A stretch of 64,000 nucleotides of DNA from an uncultured Anaerolineaceae bacterium (GCA_964625215.1 CAZVAX010000001.1:30354-94353), one strand, 5' to 3'. Counted from the stretch's first letter, positions 54,110-63,208 are shown. The notes: generated by a model not told the origin, from the sequence alone. Program-made: numbers and translations.

Positions 54110-56140
54110 CTATTTCGAGAATTCCACGTACTTCGAGTCGGCCAAGCCATAGTCGTACGGTTCGCCGACGACCTCGAAGGGCTTCTCGTAGTTGTGCGCG
54201 GGCATGGGCGAGGCCGCCTGCCATTCGGGCGAACGCGAGTTCCAGATGTTGCCCTGGGCAGGTTCGCCGTTCTTGATACTCTTGACCAGGTTGATGAGGA
54301 AGATCAACACGGAGAGGGCGATCAGGAAGGCCGCGACAGTCAGGACGATGTGCCAGGTCTGGAAACCCAGCGCGGGATCGTAGTCGAAGATGCGGCGGCG
54401 CATACCGAGCAGGCCGATGCGCATCATGCCCAGGGAGAGGACAAAGAACGAGGGAGTCATCAGCCAGAAGTGCCACTTGCCAAGCGTCTCGTTCAGGTGG
54501 CGACCCGTGGCTTTGGGGAACCAATAATAGAGGGCTGCGAAGAACGGGAAGACGAATCCGCCGAACAAGGTGTCGTGGAAGTGGCCGACGATCCAGTAGG
54601 TGTCGTGGAGATGAAGGTCGGTGGAGACGGTGGCGTTGGGCGGGCCGGTGAGTCCGCCCATTAGGAAGACGACGATCGCGCCGACCACGAAGAGGAAGGC
54701 GGTGGGCATGGGCGTTGGGATTTTGCCCTTCCAGATCGTCGCGACCCACGAGAAGAACTTGACGCCGGTCGGGACGGCCACGAGCAGGGTGCTGTACATG
54801 AAGGGAACGCGCAGGTACTCGTTCATGCCGGAGGTGAACATGTGATGCGCCCACACTAGGAAGCCCACCAACGCGATGCCGAGCGAGGACATGGCGATCC
54901 ACTTGTAGCCAAACAGCGGCTTGCGGACGAAGACCGGCAGGAGTTCTGAAACCACGCCCAGGCCCGGCAGGATGAACACATACACAGCCGGGTGGGAATA
55001 GAACCAGAACAGGTGTTGGTAAAGAACCGGGTTGCCACCCTTGTTCGGGTCGAAGAAGCCCATGCCAAACAAGCGCTGGAACATGACCATCTGGAAGGAG
55101 AGACCAATCAACTGTGTGGCGGTCAACGAGATGAGGGAGGTGGCAATGGAAGCCCACACGAAGATCGGCATACGGAAGGCGGTCATGCCCTTGGCGCGCA
55201 TACGGACAGTGGTGACAATCAGGTTGAGACCGCCAAGCACAGACGACCAACCGGCCACGAACACGCCCAGGAAAAACATCTGCTGGCCAATCTTGGCCGG
55301 GTTGGCGGAAAGAGGCGGATACCCCGTCCAGCCGGTCTCGACGCCGCCGAGGGGCATGGACATGAGAAGCCACACCGCGGCCGGGACGGCGATCCAGAAC
55401 GAGAAGGCGTTCAAGCGCGGGAAGGCCATGTCGTGCGCGCCGATCAGAAGCGGGACGAGGTAGTTCATCAAACCGGCGATGCCGAGCAAAATCGAGACGA
55501 TCATGATCATGCCGTGCAGGGACATCAACGTGTTGTATTGCGCGGCCTCCAGGAACTGTTTGCCTTCAAACGAAAGTTCGGTGCGGAAGATCAACGCGAA
55601 GGTTCCGCCGACCACGAGCAGGAGGATGGCGGTGACGGTGTATTGAATGCCGATGACCTTGTGATCGAGCGAGGGACCGAGGTACTTGAGCCAACCGGCG
55701 GGGTCCTCGTGATGATCGGGCGTGTCTTGTCCGCGCCACCATTTGAACCAATCGCTCATCACGCCATGAGCGGCGAGGAAGGCCAGCGTACCGACGAATC
55801 CGCCAAAGACCCAGGCGTGCTCGGTGAAGAGAAATGAGCCTCCCGAAACCTTTAACCCCATCGCAAAGCGAATGACGGCGACGAACAGAACCCCGGCAAG
55901 CGTTCCAATGATCTGCCAGAATAAACCTCGAATGAGAGGAATCTGGCGATGGAGAACATAGAGCGGAGCAACTACGCCTACAAGCGCTCCGACAAACCAG
56001 TTGATCGGATGCAGTTCAAATTTCCCCCCAAACAACAATCCGATTCCAGCCAGAGCAAAAGCCGCCACAGCCGTGACAAGGGCCGTGACGATTAGCCAGA
56101 TTAGTCCGCGAATAATCTTGTTCATATTGATTTCCTCCAC
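54110..56140 (-). CDS. ctaD: Cytochrome c oxidase subunit I with ~150-aa N-terminal 4-TM extension
   Basis: The canonical core starts near LDHKVIGIQY. FFWFYSHPAVYVFILPG, GAHHMF, WIVGHFHDTLFGG. Confidence 0.9.
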   Translation of the reverse strand: MEEINMNKIIRGLIWLIVTALVTAVAAFALAGIGLLFGGKFELHPINWFVGALVGVVAPLYVLHRQIPLIRGLFWQIIGTLAGVLFVAVIRFAMGLKVSGGSFLFTEHAWVFGGFVGTLAFLAAHGVMSDWFKWWRGQDTPDHHEDPAGWLKYLGPSLDHKVIGIQYTVTAILLLVVGGTFALIFRTELSFEGKQFLEAAQYNTLMSLHGMIMIVSILLGIAGLMNYLVPLLIGAHDMAFPRLNAFSFWIAVPAAVWLLMSMPLGGVETGWTGYPPLSANPAKIGQQMFFLGVFVAGWSSVLGGLNLIVTTVRMRAKGMTAFRMPIFVWASIATSLISLTATQLIGLSFQMVMFQRLFGMGFFDPNKGGNPVLYQHLFWFYSHPAVYVFILPGLGVVSELLPVFVRKPLFGYKWIAMSSLGIALVGFLVWAHHMFTSGMNEYLRVPFMYSTLLVAVPTGVKFFSWVATIWKGKIPTPMPTAFLFVVGAIVVFLMGGLTGPPNATVSTDLHLHDTYWIVGHFHDTLFGGFVFPFFAALYYWFPKATGRHLNETLGKWHFWLMTPSFFVLSLGMMRIGLLGMRRRIFDYDPALGFQTWHIVLTVAAFLIALSVLIFLINLVKSIKNGEPAQGNIWNSRSPEWQAASPMPAHNYEKPFEVVGEPYDYGLADSKYVEFSK

Positions 56141-56143
56141 GCG

Positions 56144-57157
56144 TTATTTCAACGACATGATGTACGCGATGATGTAGGACAGTTCTTCTTCGGTGAACGA
56201 GTAGGCAGGCATCGCGCTCGCCGACTCGAATCCCGCCACGATCTTCGCGGAAGGATTGAGGATGGACTCAATGAGGAAGGCCTCATCCGCGGTGACGGTG
56301 GAACCGTCGGACAGTTTCACTTGTGAGCCGAAGAGTCCCTTCCACGTGGGGCCGATCAGGGTCGCGCCGGTGGCGCTATGGCACCCCAAACAGCCGTTCG
56401 ATTTGGCGATCCGCTCGCCCATGCCTTCGGGAGTCTGCGCGGCGCTGAAGGCGGCCTGTTGTTCGCTGGCCCACTGCTGGAAGGTCGCGTCGTCGGTGAC
56501 AACCACCGACTTTTCCATTGCGTAGTGCGCCGCGCCGCACAATTCCGCGCAACGGACTTTGTATGGCCCAACCAGGGTGGGGGTGATGCGCAGTTCGGTC
56601 ACGCGGCCCGGCACAACGTCCTGTTTGACGCGGAATTCGGGAACCCAGAAGGAGTGAATCACATCCTTCGAGTCCATTTGGAGCAAGACTTGTCGGTTCA
56701 CAGGCAGGCGCAATTCGTCGCTGATGAAACCGCCGTATTCGGGATATTCGAAACTCCACGAGAACTGCGCGGCATGGACTTTGACAATCATAGCCTGCGG
56801 GTCGACGCGGCGCGTCTCGCGCAGGGACCACGCGCCCATGTACGCGAACGCCACCACTGTAATGAGCGGGATGATCGTCCACGTGATTTCCAGTTTGGTG
56901 TTGCCCTCCACATGTTCCGCGTCGGTTGTGTCGCCCTTTTTCCGCCGGAAGACGATCAGACTGTAGAGCAGGGGAACAACGATCAATGCGAACAGGAAGG
57001 AAATCGCCATGACTTGGTATTTCCACATCCAGTCAATAGGCACGGCTTGCGCGCTGGCTTCCACCGGCAAAAGGTGGGACGCCTCCAGGCCCAGGTAGGT
57101 CAGGACGGCGGTGATGAGAACCAGGATGCCAACTGTCAAATAGTGTCGCATACGCAC
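56144..57157 (-). CDS. ctaC: Cytochrome c oxidase subunit II with fused C-terminal cytochrome c (caa3 type)
   Basis: CuA site DVIHSFWVPEF...CAELCGAAHYAM. Heme c site CLGCHS. Confidence 0.9.
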   Translation of the reverse strand: MRMRHYLTVGILVLITAVLTYLGLEASHLLPVEASAQAVPIDWMWKYQVMAISFLFALIVVPLLYSLIVFRRKKGDTTDAEHVEGNTKLEITWTIIPLITVVAFAYMGAWSLRETRRVDPQAMIVKVHAAQFSWSFEYPEYGGFISDELRLPVNRQVLLQMDSKDVIHSFWVPEFRVKQDVVPGRVTELRITPTLVGPYKVRCAELCGAAHYAMEKSVVVTDDATFQQWASEQQAAFSAAQTPEGMGERIAKSNGCLGCHSATGATLIGPTWKGLFGSQVKLSDGSTVTADEAFLIESILNPSAKIVAGFESASAMPAYSFTEEELSYIIAYIMSLK

Positions 57158-57178
57158 ACTCCTACAATGAGATACTCG

Positions 57179-57556
57179 TCAGGCCCAGGGGTCTTTCAGC
57201 CAGGAATCGGCCTGGGTCGAAGTCAATTGCTTTCGTTGATACAACACGACCGGTTCGGTGGAACCGAGCGATACAAGCACCACCTGCATGGTGGACTTGC
57301 CCTCCACAAACCGGTCCAGGAACTCTTCGCGGTTGATGGCGCGATCGTCGTAATCCACGATCATCAGGTCGGGGTTGAGCGTTTCGAGGGCATTCAAGGT
57401 CTCTTCCATGGTGGAGGGCGTTCCGACCACAACCGCTTTTTTGCCCCAACGCGCGACATATCCCTTCCGCAATCCTTCCCGAAACATGGGATTGGCGGAA
57501 GCGATCAAAACGCGGCGAGGATGAGAACGTTTCGAAGCGCTCAATTCGATGCTCAA
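57179..57556 (-). CDS. Receiver-like (pseudo-receiver) domain protein
   Basis: RVLIASANPMF lacks the acidic pair. DLMIVDYDD retains an Asp at the beta-3 position. Confidence 0.5.
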   Translation of the reverse strand: MSIELSASKRSHPRRVLIASANPMFREGLRKGYVARWGKKAVVVGTPSTMEETLNALETLNPDLMIVDYDDRAINREEFLDRFVEGKSTMQVVLVSLGSTEPVVLYQRKQLTSTQADSWLKDPWA

Positions 57557-57630
57557 TAAAGTTTGGATATCTATAATTTACCAAAGTTCGTCTGGTTTGT
57601 CATTAATCCATGGTCAAATTCAGGGGGATT

Positions 57631-57669
57631 TGGAATCAAACAACCGGGTGATTTCCATCACCCGGTTGT
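57631..57669 (-). terminator. Rho-independent terminator after the response regulator gene
   Basis: ACAACCGGGTGA / TCACCCGGTTGT 12-bp stem. The minus strand is followed by TTGATTCC. Confidence 0.65.
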
Positions 57670-57686
57670 CATCACCCTAATATCCT

Positions 57687-58328
57687 TTAGATCAAGCCGG
57701 TTTGCAATGCCCTTGCCACCGCTTCAGCCCGGTTGCTCACCTGCATTTTTTCAAGGATGTGACGGATATGCGTCTTGACGGTGTTCTCGGAAATATACAA
57801 CAAATTCGCGGCCTGCAATGTGGTCATGCCGCGCGCCAGGCAACGCAACACCTCCACCTCGCGCTCGCTCAAGAGCGAGTCGGCGCGCGGCGCCATGTGG
57901 CGGCGAATCACGCGGAACACCTGGGCGGTCATTTCCGGCGCGAGAACGGAATTGCCCGACGCCACATTCTGCATGGTCTGGCGCAAGGATTCTGGCTCGG
58001 CGTTTTTCAAGAGATACCCCGAAGCGCCCGCCAGGATCGCGCCCACCAGATCGTTTTCATCTTGCGAAACGGTCAACATCAACACCGGCTGGATAAACCC
58101 GGATTTTCGCAAAGCCTGCAACGTCTCCACCCCTGAAATGCCGGGCATGTTGATGTCGAGCAGCGCCAGGTCCGGTTTCAATTTTGGAATCACCTGTAAG
58201 GCTTCCTCGCCGCTCCCCGCCTGGCCAATCACTTCGAAGCCCTCGAAATCGCCAATCAAACCGATCAGACCGCGCCGGAAGATGGCATGGTCGTCCACAA
58301 CGACGAGGCGGATCGGCGGATGATTCAC
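57687..58328 (-). CDS. NarL/FixJ-family response regulator (receiver + LuxR HTH)
   Basis: IRLVVVDDH, DLALLDINMPG, LSEREVEVLRCLARGMTTLQAANLLYISENTVKTH. Confidence 0.9.
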   Translation of the reverse strand: MNHPPIRLVVVDDHAIFRRGLIGLIGDFEGFEVIGQAGSGEEALQVIPKLKPDLALLDINMPGISGVETLQALRKSGFIQPVLMLTVSQDENDLVGAILAGASGYLLKNAEPESLRQTMQNVASGNSVLAPEMTAQVFRVIRRHMAPRADSLLSEREVEVLRCLARGMTTLQAANLLYISENTVKTHIRHILEKMQVSNRAEAVARALQTGLI

Positions 58329-59518
58329 TTGGACGCCTTCTCGACCAGCGGCACGCGCAAACGGACGGTCGTGCCGCCATCGGGGCGACTGGCGATCTGG
58401 AAATCCGCGCCGATGGCCTCGGCCCGTTCCCGCATCCCGCGTAGGCCAAAGCGGGCCGCCGCAATCGAATCGGGCGCGAACCCCCGACCGTTGTCGCGCA
58501 CTTCGATCACCGCCTCGCTGGAGTTATCCCACGCCGCCAGCCAAACGCGGCTGGCCTCGGCATGCCGCCGCACATTCGTCAACGCCTCCTGGACGATGCG
58601 AATCATCTGCACTTGCACGTTTGGGGAAAAGTCGCTGGTGATGGATAGGGAGACCTCCACCGACTGGCTCGTGAGAGTTTGGTAATCCTCCGCCACCTGG
58701 GCCAGCCAGGTTTCCAGGCGGCCATCGGGAACGCGGCGCAGATTTTCAATGGCCTGACGCGCATCCAGGTACGCGTCGGAAACGGTGCGGGCCGAATCGT
58801 GCAGGAGCCGCGCCGCGCCATCCGCCTTGCCCTGCGAGAGGAAGACCTCGGCGCGATTGATCTCGATCTTCAAAAATGCCAGCGTCTGCGCGAGGCCATC
58901 ATGGATCTCGCGCGCTAGGCGCGTCCGCTCGCCAAGCACGGCGCGGTATTCGATCTCCGGCGCGAGTTCCTGTATGTTCCCGGAATCAGAGGATAGTTCC
59001 CTAGCGTGATCGAACGCCATGCGCTCTTGCGCGACGCGCTCGAGCGAGTCCAGGGCCAGGTCCACCAGGCGGATGGCTTCCGGCAAAAAGGCTTCGACTT
59101 CCGCTTCGAAGTTGGGTTCGGAGGCGAAGACAAAACTGAACAGGCCGGCTTCCCTTCCGCAATGTTGCAACGGCACGCAATAGATGAAGCGATCCTCGGG
59201 ATCGCTGCGCAATAAAATGCACTCGTGTCCCGCTTGCCGAACCCGGCAGGCTTTACATTCCACGCGCGCCATTGGCCGGACGAGATCCACATTCCAATCG
59301 CCGGAGGGAGCCAGGGGCGTCCGACCGAATTCCAGCGGCGACAGGCTGTTGGAAAATTCGCCGAACGGCATGAAGAGACATCCTTCCGCATTGAGCAACT
59401 CGCAACTGGCGCGCATGAACGCGCGCAGAACCGCCTCGGGACTATTGGATTCGAGCAGGGACGCGCTGAGGGAGAGGCTGGTTTTGAGAATGGCGGGGGA
59501 GGAGTCGGATTGGGTCAC
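58325..59518 (-). CDS. Sensor histidine kinase (GAF-like N-terminus, HisKA_3 + HATPase)
   Basis: REIHDGLAQTLAFLK H-box, EALTNVRRHA N-box, DNGRGF. Start trimmed to the GTG at 59518 to avoid overlapping bcp (start uncertain). Confidence 0.8.
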   Translation of the reverse strand: MTQSDSSPAILKTSLSLSASLLESNSPEAVLRAFMRASCELLNAEGCLFMPFGEFSNSLSPLEFGRTPLAPSGDWNVDLVRPMARVECKACRVRQAGHECILLRSDPEDRFIYCVPLQHCGREAGLFSFVFASEPNFEAEVEAFLPEAIRLVDLALDSLERVAQERMAFDHARELSSDSGNIQELAPEIEYRAVLGERTRLAREIHDGLAQTLAFLKIEINRAEVFLSQGKADGAARLLHDSARTVSDAYLDARQAIENLRRVPDGRLETWLAQVAEDYQTLTSQSVEVSLSITSDFSPNVQVQMIRIVQEALTNVRRHAEASRVWLAAWDNSSEAVIEVRDNGRGFAPDSIAAARFGLRGMRERAEAIGADFQIASRPDGGTTVRLRVPLVEKASK

Positions 59519-59540
59519 GGGAATCCGGTTGGAGGTCAGG

Positions 59541-60005
59541 TTAGAGCGAGCGGAGGGCCTCGAGTACTTCGGCGCTGTGTTCCGCCGGTCGGACGTTCTC
59601 GAAGACGCGGGCGATGGTCCCGTTCGCATCAATCAAAAAGGTCGTGCGCAAGACGCCCTCATAGGATTTGCCCATGAATTTCTTCGGACCCCACACGCCG
59701 TAGCGGTCGCACACCGCATGATCTTCATCGGCGAGCAGAGGAAAGGGCAATTGAAATTTGGTTTTGAACCTGGCGTGCGATTCAGGAGAATCGGGGCTGA
59801 CGCCCAGGATGACAACGTTTGCGTTTTGGTAGGCGGAATAGTCGTCGCGGAAGTTGCAGGCTTCTTTGACGCACCCCGGCGTATCGTCTTTGGGATAGAA
59901 GTAGAGAATGACCGGTTGGCCGCGATACGCGGATAATACGCGCGAAACGCCGGAATCATCGAGCAGTTCGAACTCGGGAGCGGGAACGCCGCTTGCCAAT
60001 GACAT
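59541..60005 (-). CDS. bcp: Thiol peroxidase Bcp/PrxQ
   Basis: VILYFYPKDDTPGCVKEAC. Confidence 0.9.
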   Translation of the reverse strand: MSLASGVPAPEFELLDDSGVSRVLSAYRGQPVILYFYPKDDTPGCVKEACNFRDDYSAYQNANVVILGVSPDSPESHARFKTKFQLPFPLLADEDHAVCDRYGVWGPKKFMGKSYEGVLRTTFLIDANGTIARVFENVRPAEHSAEVLEALRSL

Positions 60006-60107
60006 GGATTGTTTCTCCGGAAAGGGGTTGGGGAGGCGCGGTCGAATGGATTTCGATCCCGCCCGATGCGCTGTTGGTTGCGCGCAATTTTAGCATAGAA
60101 GGGGATG

Positions 60108-60143
60108 GTACAACAAAGCCGGGCAAGGATGTCCCTGCCCGGC
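60108..60143 (-). terminator. Terminator after the cytochrome c gene
   Basis: The minus strand reads GCCGGGCAGG-GACAT-CCTTGCCCGGC followed by TTTGTTGT. Confidence 0.55.
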
Positions 60144-60163
60144 CAGAAGCGAAAAAACAAGGT

Positions 60164-60568
60164 TTACTGGAGGGTGCGAATGTAGGCGACCACCTGCCAG
60201 ATCTGTTCCTCGGTGAGAATGCCCGCCCAGGACACCATGGAGGTGCCGTCCTTGCCGGCGCTGACGCGCCAGAACAAATAGTCGTCGCCGACTTGGGGGG
60301 CGAACGTGACCAGGTTGGCGGGTTTGGGATCGAGCGACGAGCCGGCGATCCCATCGCCAACGCCGGTCGCGCCGTGGCAGGACTCGCAATTGGCGGCGTA
60401 CACTTCCTTACCCGCCGCGGTGTCCGTACCAGCCGGCATGGTTTTCCCGGCGAAATCCGCCGGGACGCTGGGAATTGGAGTCGCCTCGGCCCTCGATCCG
60501 CCGCAGGCCGCCAGGGCGAGGGCGATCGCAACGAGGATCGCCAAGAGCAAATATTTCTTCATGAACAT
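60164..60568 (-). CDS. Class I c-type cytochrome lipoprotein
   Basis: Lipobox LALAACGG. CESCHG heme site. Distal Met in DGTSMVSW. Confidence 0.85.
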   Translation of the reverse strand: MFMKKYLLLAILVAIALALAACGGSRAEATPIPSVPADFAGKTMPAGTDTAAGKEVYAANCESCHGATGVGDGIAGSSLDPKPANLVTFAPQVGDDYLFWRVSAGKDGTSMVSWAGILTEEQIWQVVAYIRTLQ

Positions 60569-60635
60569 TCTCCGTTATTTAGATTGATTGATGCGCGGGC
60601 GCATTATACCATCCTCATTTCGGAGAGGTCGACTC

Positions 60636-60746
60636 GTGAACGCCCTGGCTGGCGCCGTAATCCTGCTGGCAGTCGCCTACGATCCCATGCGCACGCACAT
60701 GAACGCCAACCTCGATATGTCTGCCCCGGGCTTCAAGCCCTGGTAG
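60636..60746 (+). CDS. Candidate 36-aa small membrane peptide (not in ORF track)
   Basis: GTG start 6 nt after GGAGAGG. VNALAGAVILLAVAYDPMRTHMNANLDMSAPGFKPW. Followed by a strong terminator. Confidence 0.25.
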   Translation: MNALAGAVILLAVAYDPMRTHMNANLDMSAPGFKPW

Positions 60747-60748
60747 CG

Positions 60749-60792
60749 AAAAAAAAACTGGTTTCCGCCACAAGCGAGAAACCGGTTTTTTT
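60749..60792. terminator. Bidirectional terminator
   Basis: AAAAAAAAACTGGTTTC...GAAACCGGTTTTTTT. Confidence 0.7.
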
Positions 60793-61161
60793 CTACTTCA
60801 ATGCGCCTGCTTTTTTCAACGCCGCCTCGAGCATGTCGAAGGTGGCAGGCTTGATGAGCATGGCCGTCGCCCCGCCTTTCATCACGCGTTGCCGCGTTTC
60901 CGGCTGATCGTCGGAGGTGACGACGATGACCGGCACCGAGAGCAGGCGCGGCTCGCGGCGTAAGAACGCCAGCACCTCGGTTCCGTCCAACCCGGGCATG
61001 TTGATGTCCAACAGCACCACGCTGGGAATGTGTTCGCGCAACACCGCCAGGGCCGGGCTGGCCCCATAGGCGGTCCGCGCCGAAACGCCGAGCAGGTCCA
61101 ACATTTGTTTCAACGCATCCGCTGTTTGGCGGTTATCGTCAATGATGAGGGCATCGTTCAT
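60793..61161 (-). CDS. Single-domain CheY-like response regulator
   Basis: ALIIDDN, VVLLDINMPGLDG, VVTSD, K in LIKPA. Confidence 0.9.
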   Translation of the reverse strand: MNDALIIDDNRQTADALKQMLDLLGVSARTAYGASPALAVLREHIPSVVLLDINMPGLDGTEVLAFLRREPRLLSVPVIVVTSDDQPETRQRVMKGGATAMLIKPATFDMLEAALKKAGALK

Positions 61162-61162
61162 T

Positions 61163-63208
61163 TCAAGTCTCCAAGATCGTTTCGCCCATGCGTCTCACGT
61201 CATAGCCGGGCAGGGCTGAGACTGCCTCACGAAACGATTCTGTATAAATGGTTTCAAACAACGGGCCGAGCAATTCGCTTTCTGCAAATTGCCGGGGGAT
61301 CGCCAGATCGTAACGTTCATGAAAGAGCGGCATAAAATCGAGATCGAGCGCCTGCGCCGCGGCCGGGATCCCCAGCCCGCAATCGGCGCGCCCCGAAGCG
61401 ACTGCCGCCGCCACACCCAAATGAGTATATTCCTCTTGATTGTAGCCGCGAACGTCGGACGCGACCATCCCCATTAAGTTCAGATGATAATCCAGCAGGA
61501 CGCGCGTCCCGGCCCCCCGCTGCCGGTTTACGAACTGAACGTCCGAGCGGGCCAGCGCCTTCAAGTCTTTGATTCCCTTTGGGTTGCCGCGCCGCACCAT
61601 CAACCCCTGCTCGCGCTCCACGAACGCGACCAGTCTCACCGGCGCATCCGGCAGGTATTGACGCAACGCCGACAGGTTGTACTCGCCGGTTTCGGGGTCG
61701 AGCAAATGCGACCCGGCCAGATGCGCCTCGCCGCGACTCAACGCAATCAATCCACCCTGCGAACCGACGTTGGCCGAGACGAATCGCCGCTCGCGCTCCG
61801 CGAGAAACTGCGCCAACAGGTCGAGAATCACATCGTGCGAACCGATGCAGAAAATGGTCTTGTCCAACTCAGATTGAGCGCGATACAGCCTCACCTTCAC
61901 TTGCCGACCCGCCTCCGCGCCCTGCTCGCCGCGCGGCAAAAGGAGCAGTCCATCCGCGCGGACCAGGGAAGTGATCACGCCGGCCCCGCGCGAAAGCGGC
62001 GCGGCGAGAGTCTTTTCGCCCACGCGGCCGACCACCACGCGCACAAAATCATCGTCGCCGGGCGGAGAGACGATGGCGCGCGTGAGGGTTGCGGTCACTT
62101 CCGGCAGTTCGCGCGGACGCCGGCCCAACCATTGCGCCATCAGCGGCTCGACGAAGATGTCCACCGTCAACGCGGCGGAGACGGGGTAGCCGGGAACGCC
62201 GAGGATGGGGATGGGAGACAGGAGACGGGGGATGGGAGACGGGGCGTCAGACGTGTGTAACTGTGTACGTGTGTACCTGTCTACCTGTGCGCCAACCAAC
62301 CCAATAATCACCGGATGCCCCGGCCTCACCGCGACGCCGTGAACGAGGAGTGTCCCTAGCCTCTCCACCACCTTCGAGGAGAAGTCTTCCGCGCCAGCGG
62401 AGGAACCCGCGTTTAGCAGGATGAGATCGTGGTCACGCACGGCTTCTTCCACGCGGGCGCAGATGGCTTCGAAATTGTCGGGGGTGATGGGAAAGCGGGT
62501 TGGGAGTCCGCCCATGGACTTGATCTGCGCGGCCAGGACGAGGGAGTTGTATTCGAGAATGTCGCCGCGTTTCAAGTCCGCGCCGATGGGAACGAGTTCC
62601 GAGCCGGTGGGCAGGATCGCGACGCGGGGAGGCCGCGCCACTTTGAGTTCCGTGTGGCCGGAGGCCGCCACCGCTCCGAGGTCCGCGGGACGAAGCGTGT
62701 GCCCGGCGGGCAGGACAAGTTGAGTCGCGACAATGTCCTCCCCCAGCGGGCGGACGTGACTCCACGGCGTGACCGCGGCGCGGATTCGGATCGAGGTCGG
62801 ATGACGTAGGTTGGAGGTCAACGCGCCGTCGGCGTCGAGCGATTCCACATTTTCGATGGGAATGACCGCGTTCGCCCAATCGGGAAGCGGGTCGCCGGTA
62901 TCAATATATTGGGCTTGCGGGGGACGGGTGTCGAGCGTGACGGGCGACGAGGGGCCAGCGCCTTCGGTATCTTCAGCGCGGACGGCAAAGCCGTCCATGG
63001 CGGAGGCGTGGTAATGCGGCGAGGAGACCTTCGCCCAAACGGGTTCGGCCAACACGCGGCCGAGCGCGTTTTCATCGAGCGGGATAATCTCGACGCCGAG
63101 GACGCGCCACAGGCCGGATTCTTCGAGGGCTTGTTTGAGTCGCGTTTGCGCGGCGGCGAGGGGAATGTCGTGCAGGTAAACGGACATGGGTGAAAATATA
63201 CCACTCAA
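61163..63208 (-). CDS. moeA: Molybdopterin molybdotransferase MoeA fused to a C-terminal PBP-like (COG1910-type) domain
   Basis: MoeA: SPHYHASAMDGFAV, ILPTGSELV, LLNAGSSAGAEDF, GVPGYPVSA. C-terminus: GSHDVILDLL...NVGSQGGLIALSRGEAHLAGSH. Confidence 0.85.
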   Translation of the reverse strand: MSGIFSPMSVYLHDIPLAAAQTRLKQALEESGLWRVLGVEIIPLDENALGRVLAEPVWAKVSSPHYHASAMDGFAVRAEDTEGAGPSSPVTLDTRPPQAQYIDTGDPLPDWANAVIPIENVESLDADGALTSNLRHPTSIRIRAAVTPWSHVRPLGEDIVATQLVLPAGHTLRPADLGAVAASGHTELKVARPPRVAILPTGSELVPIGADLKRGDILEYNSLVLAAQIKSMGGLPTRFPITPDNFEAICARVEEAVRDHDLILLNAGSSAGAEDFSSKVVERLGTLLVHGVAVRPGHPVIIGLVGAQVDRYTRTQLHTSDAPSPIPRLLSPIPILGVPGYPVSAALTVDIFVEPLMAQWLGRRPRELPEVTATLTRAIVSPPGDDDFVRVVVGRVGEKTLAAPLSRGAGVITSLVRADGLLLLPRGEQGAEAGRQVKVRLYRAQSELDKTIFCIGSHDVILDLLAQFLAERERRFVSANVGSQGGLIALSRGEAHLAGSHLLDPETGEYNLSALRQYLPDAPVRLVAFVEREQGLMVRRGNPKGIKDLKALARSDVQFVNRQRGAGTRVLLDYHLNLMGMVASDVRGYNQEEYTHLGVAAAVASGRADCGLGIPAAAQALDLDFMPLFHERYDLAIPRQFAESELLGPLFETIYTESFREAVSALPGYDVRRMGETILET
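62201..62290 (-). other. About 90-nt low-complexity in-frame insertion within the MoeA core
   Basis: GGGAGAC x3 then TGTGTA/CCTGTCTACC words. Encodes AQVDRYTRTQLHTSDAPSPIPRLLSPIPIL between the conserved IGLVG and GVPGYP. Confidence 0.4.

Noticed and set aside
59519-59632. Upstream extension of the histidine kinase ORF overlapping bcp by 92 nt
   Set aside because: The extension is Ser/Arg/Pro-rich and overlaps the conserved C-terminus of Bcp. The GTG at 59518, just past the bcp stop, is more plausible, but the true start remains uncertain.
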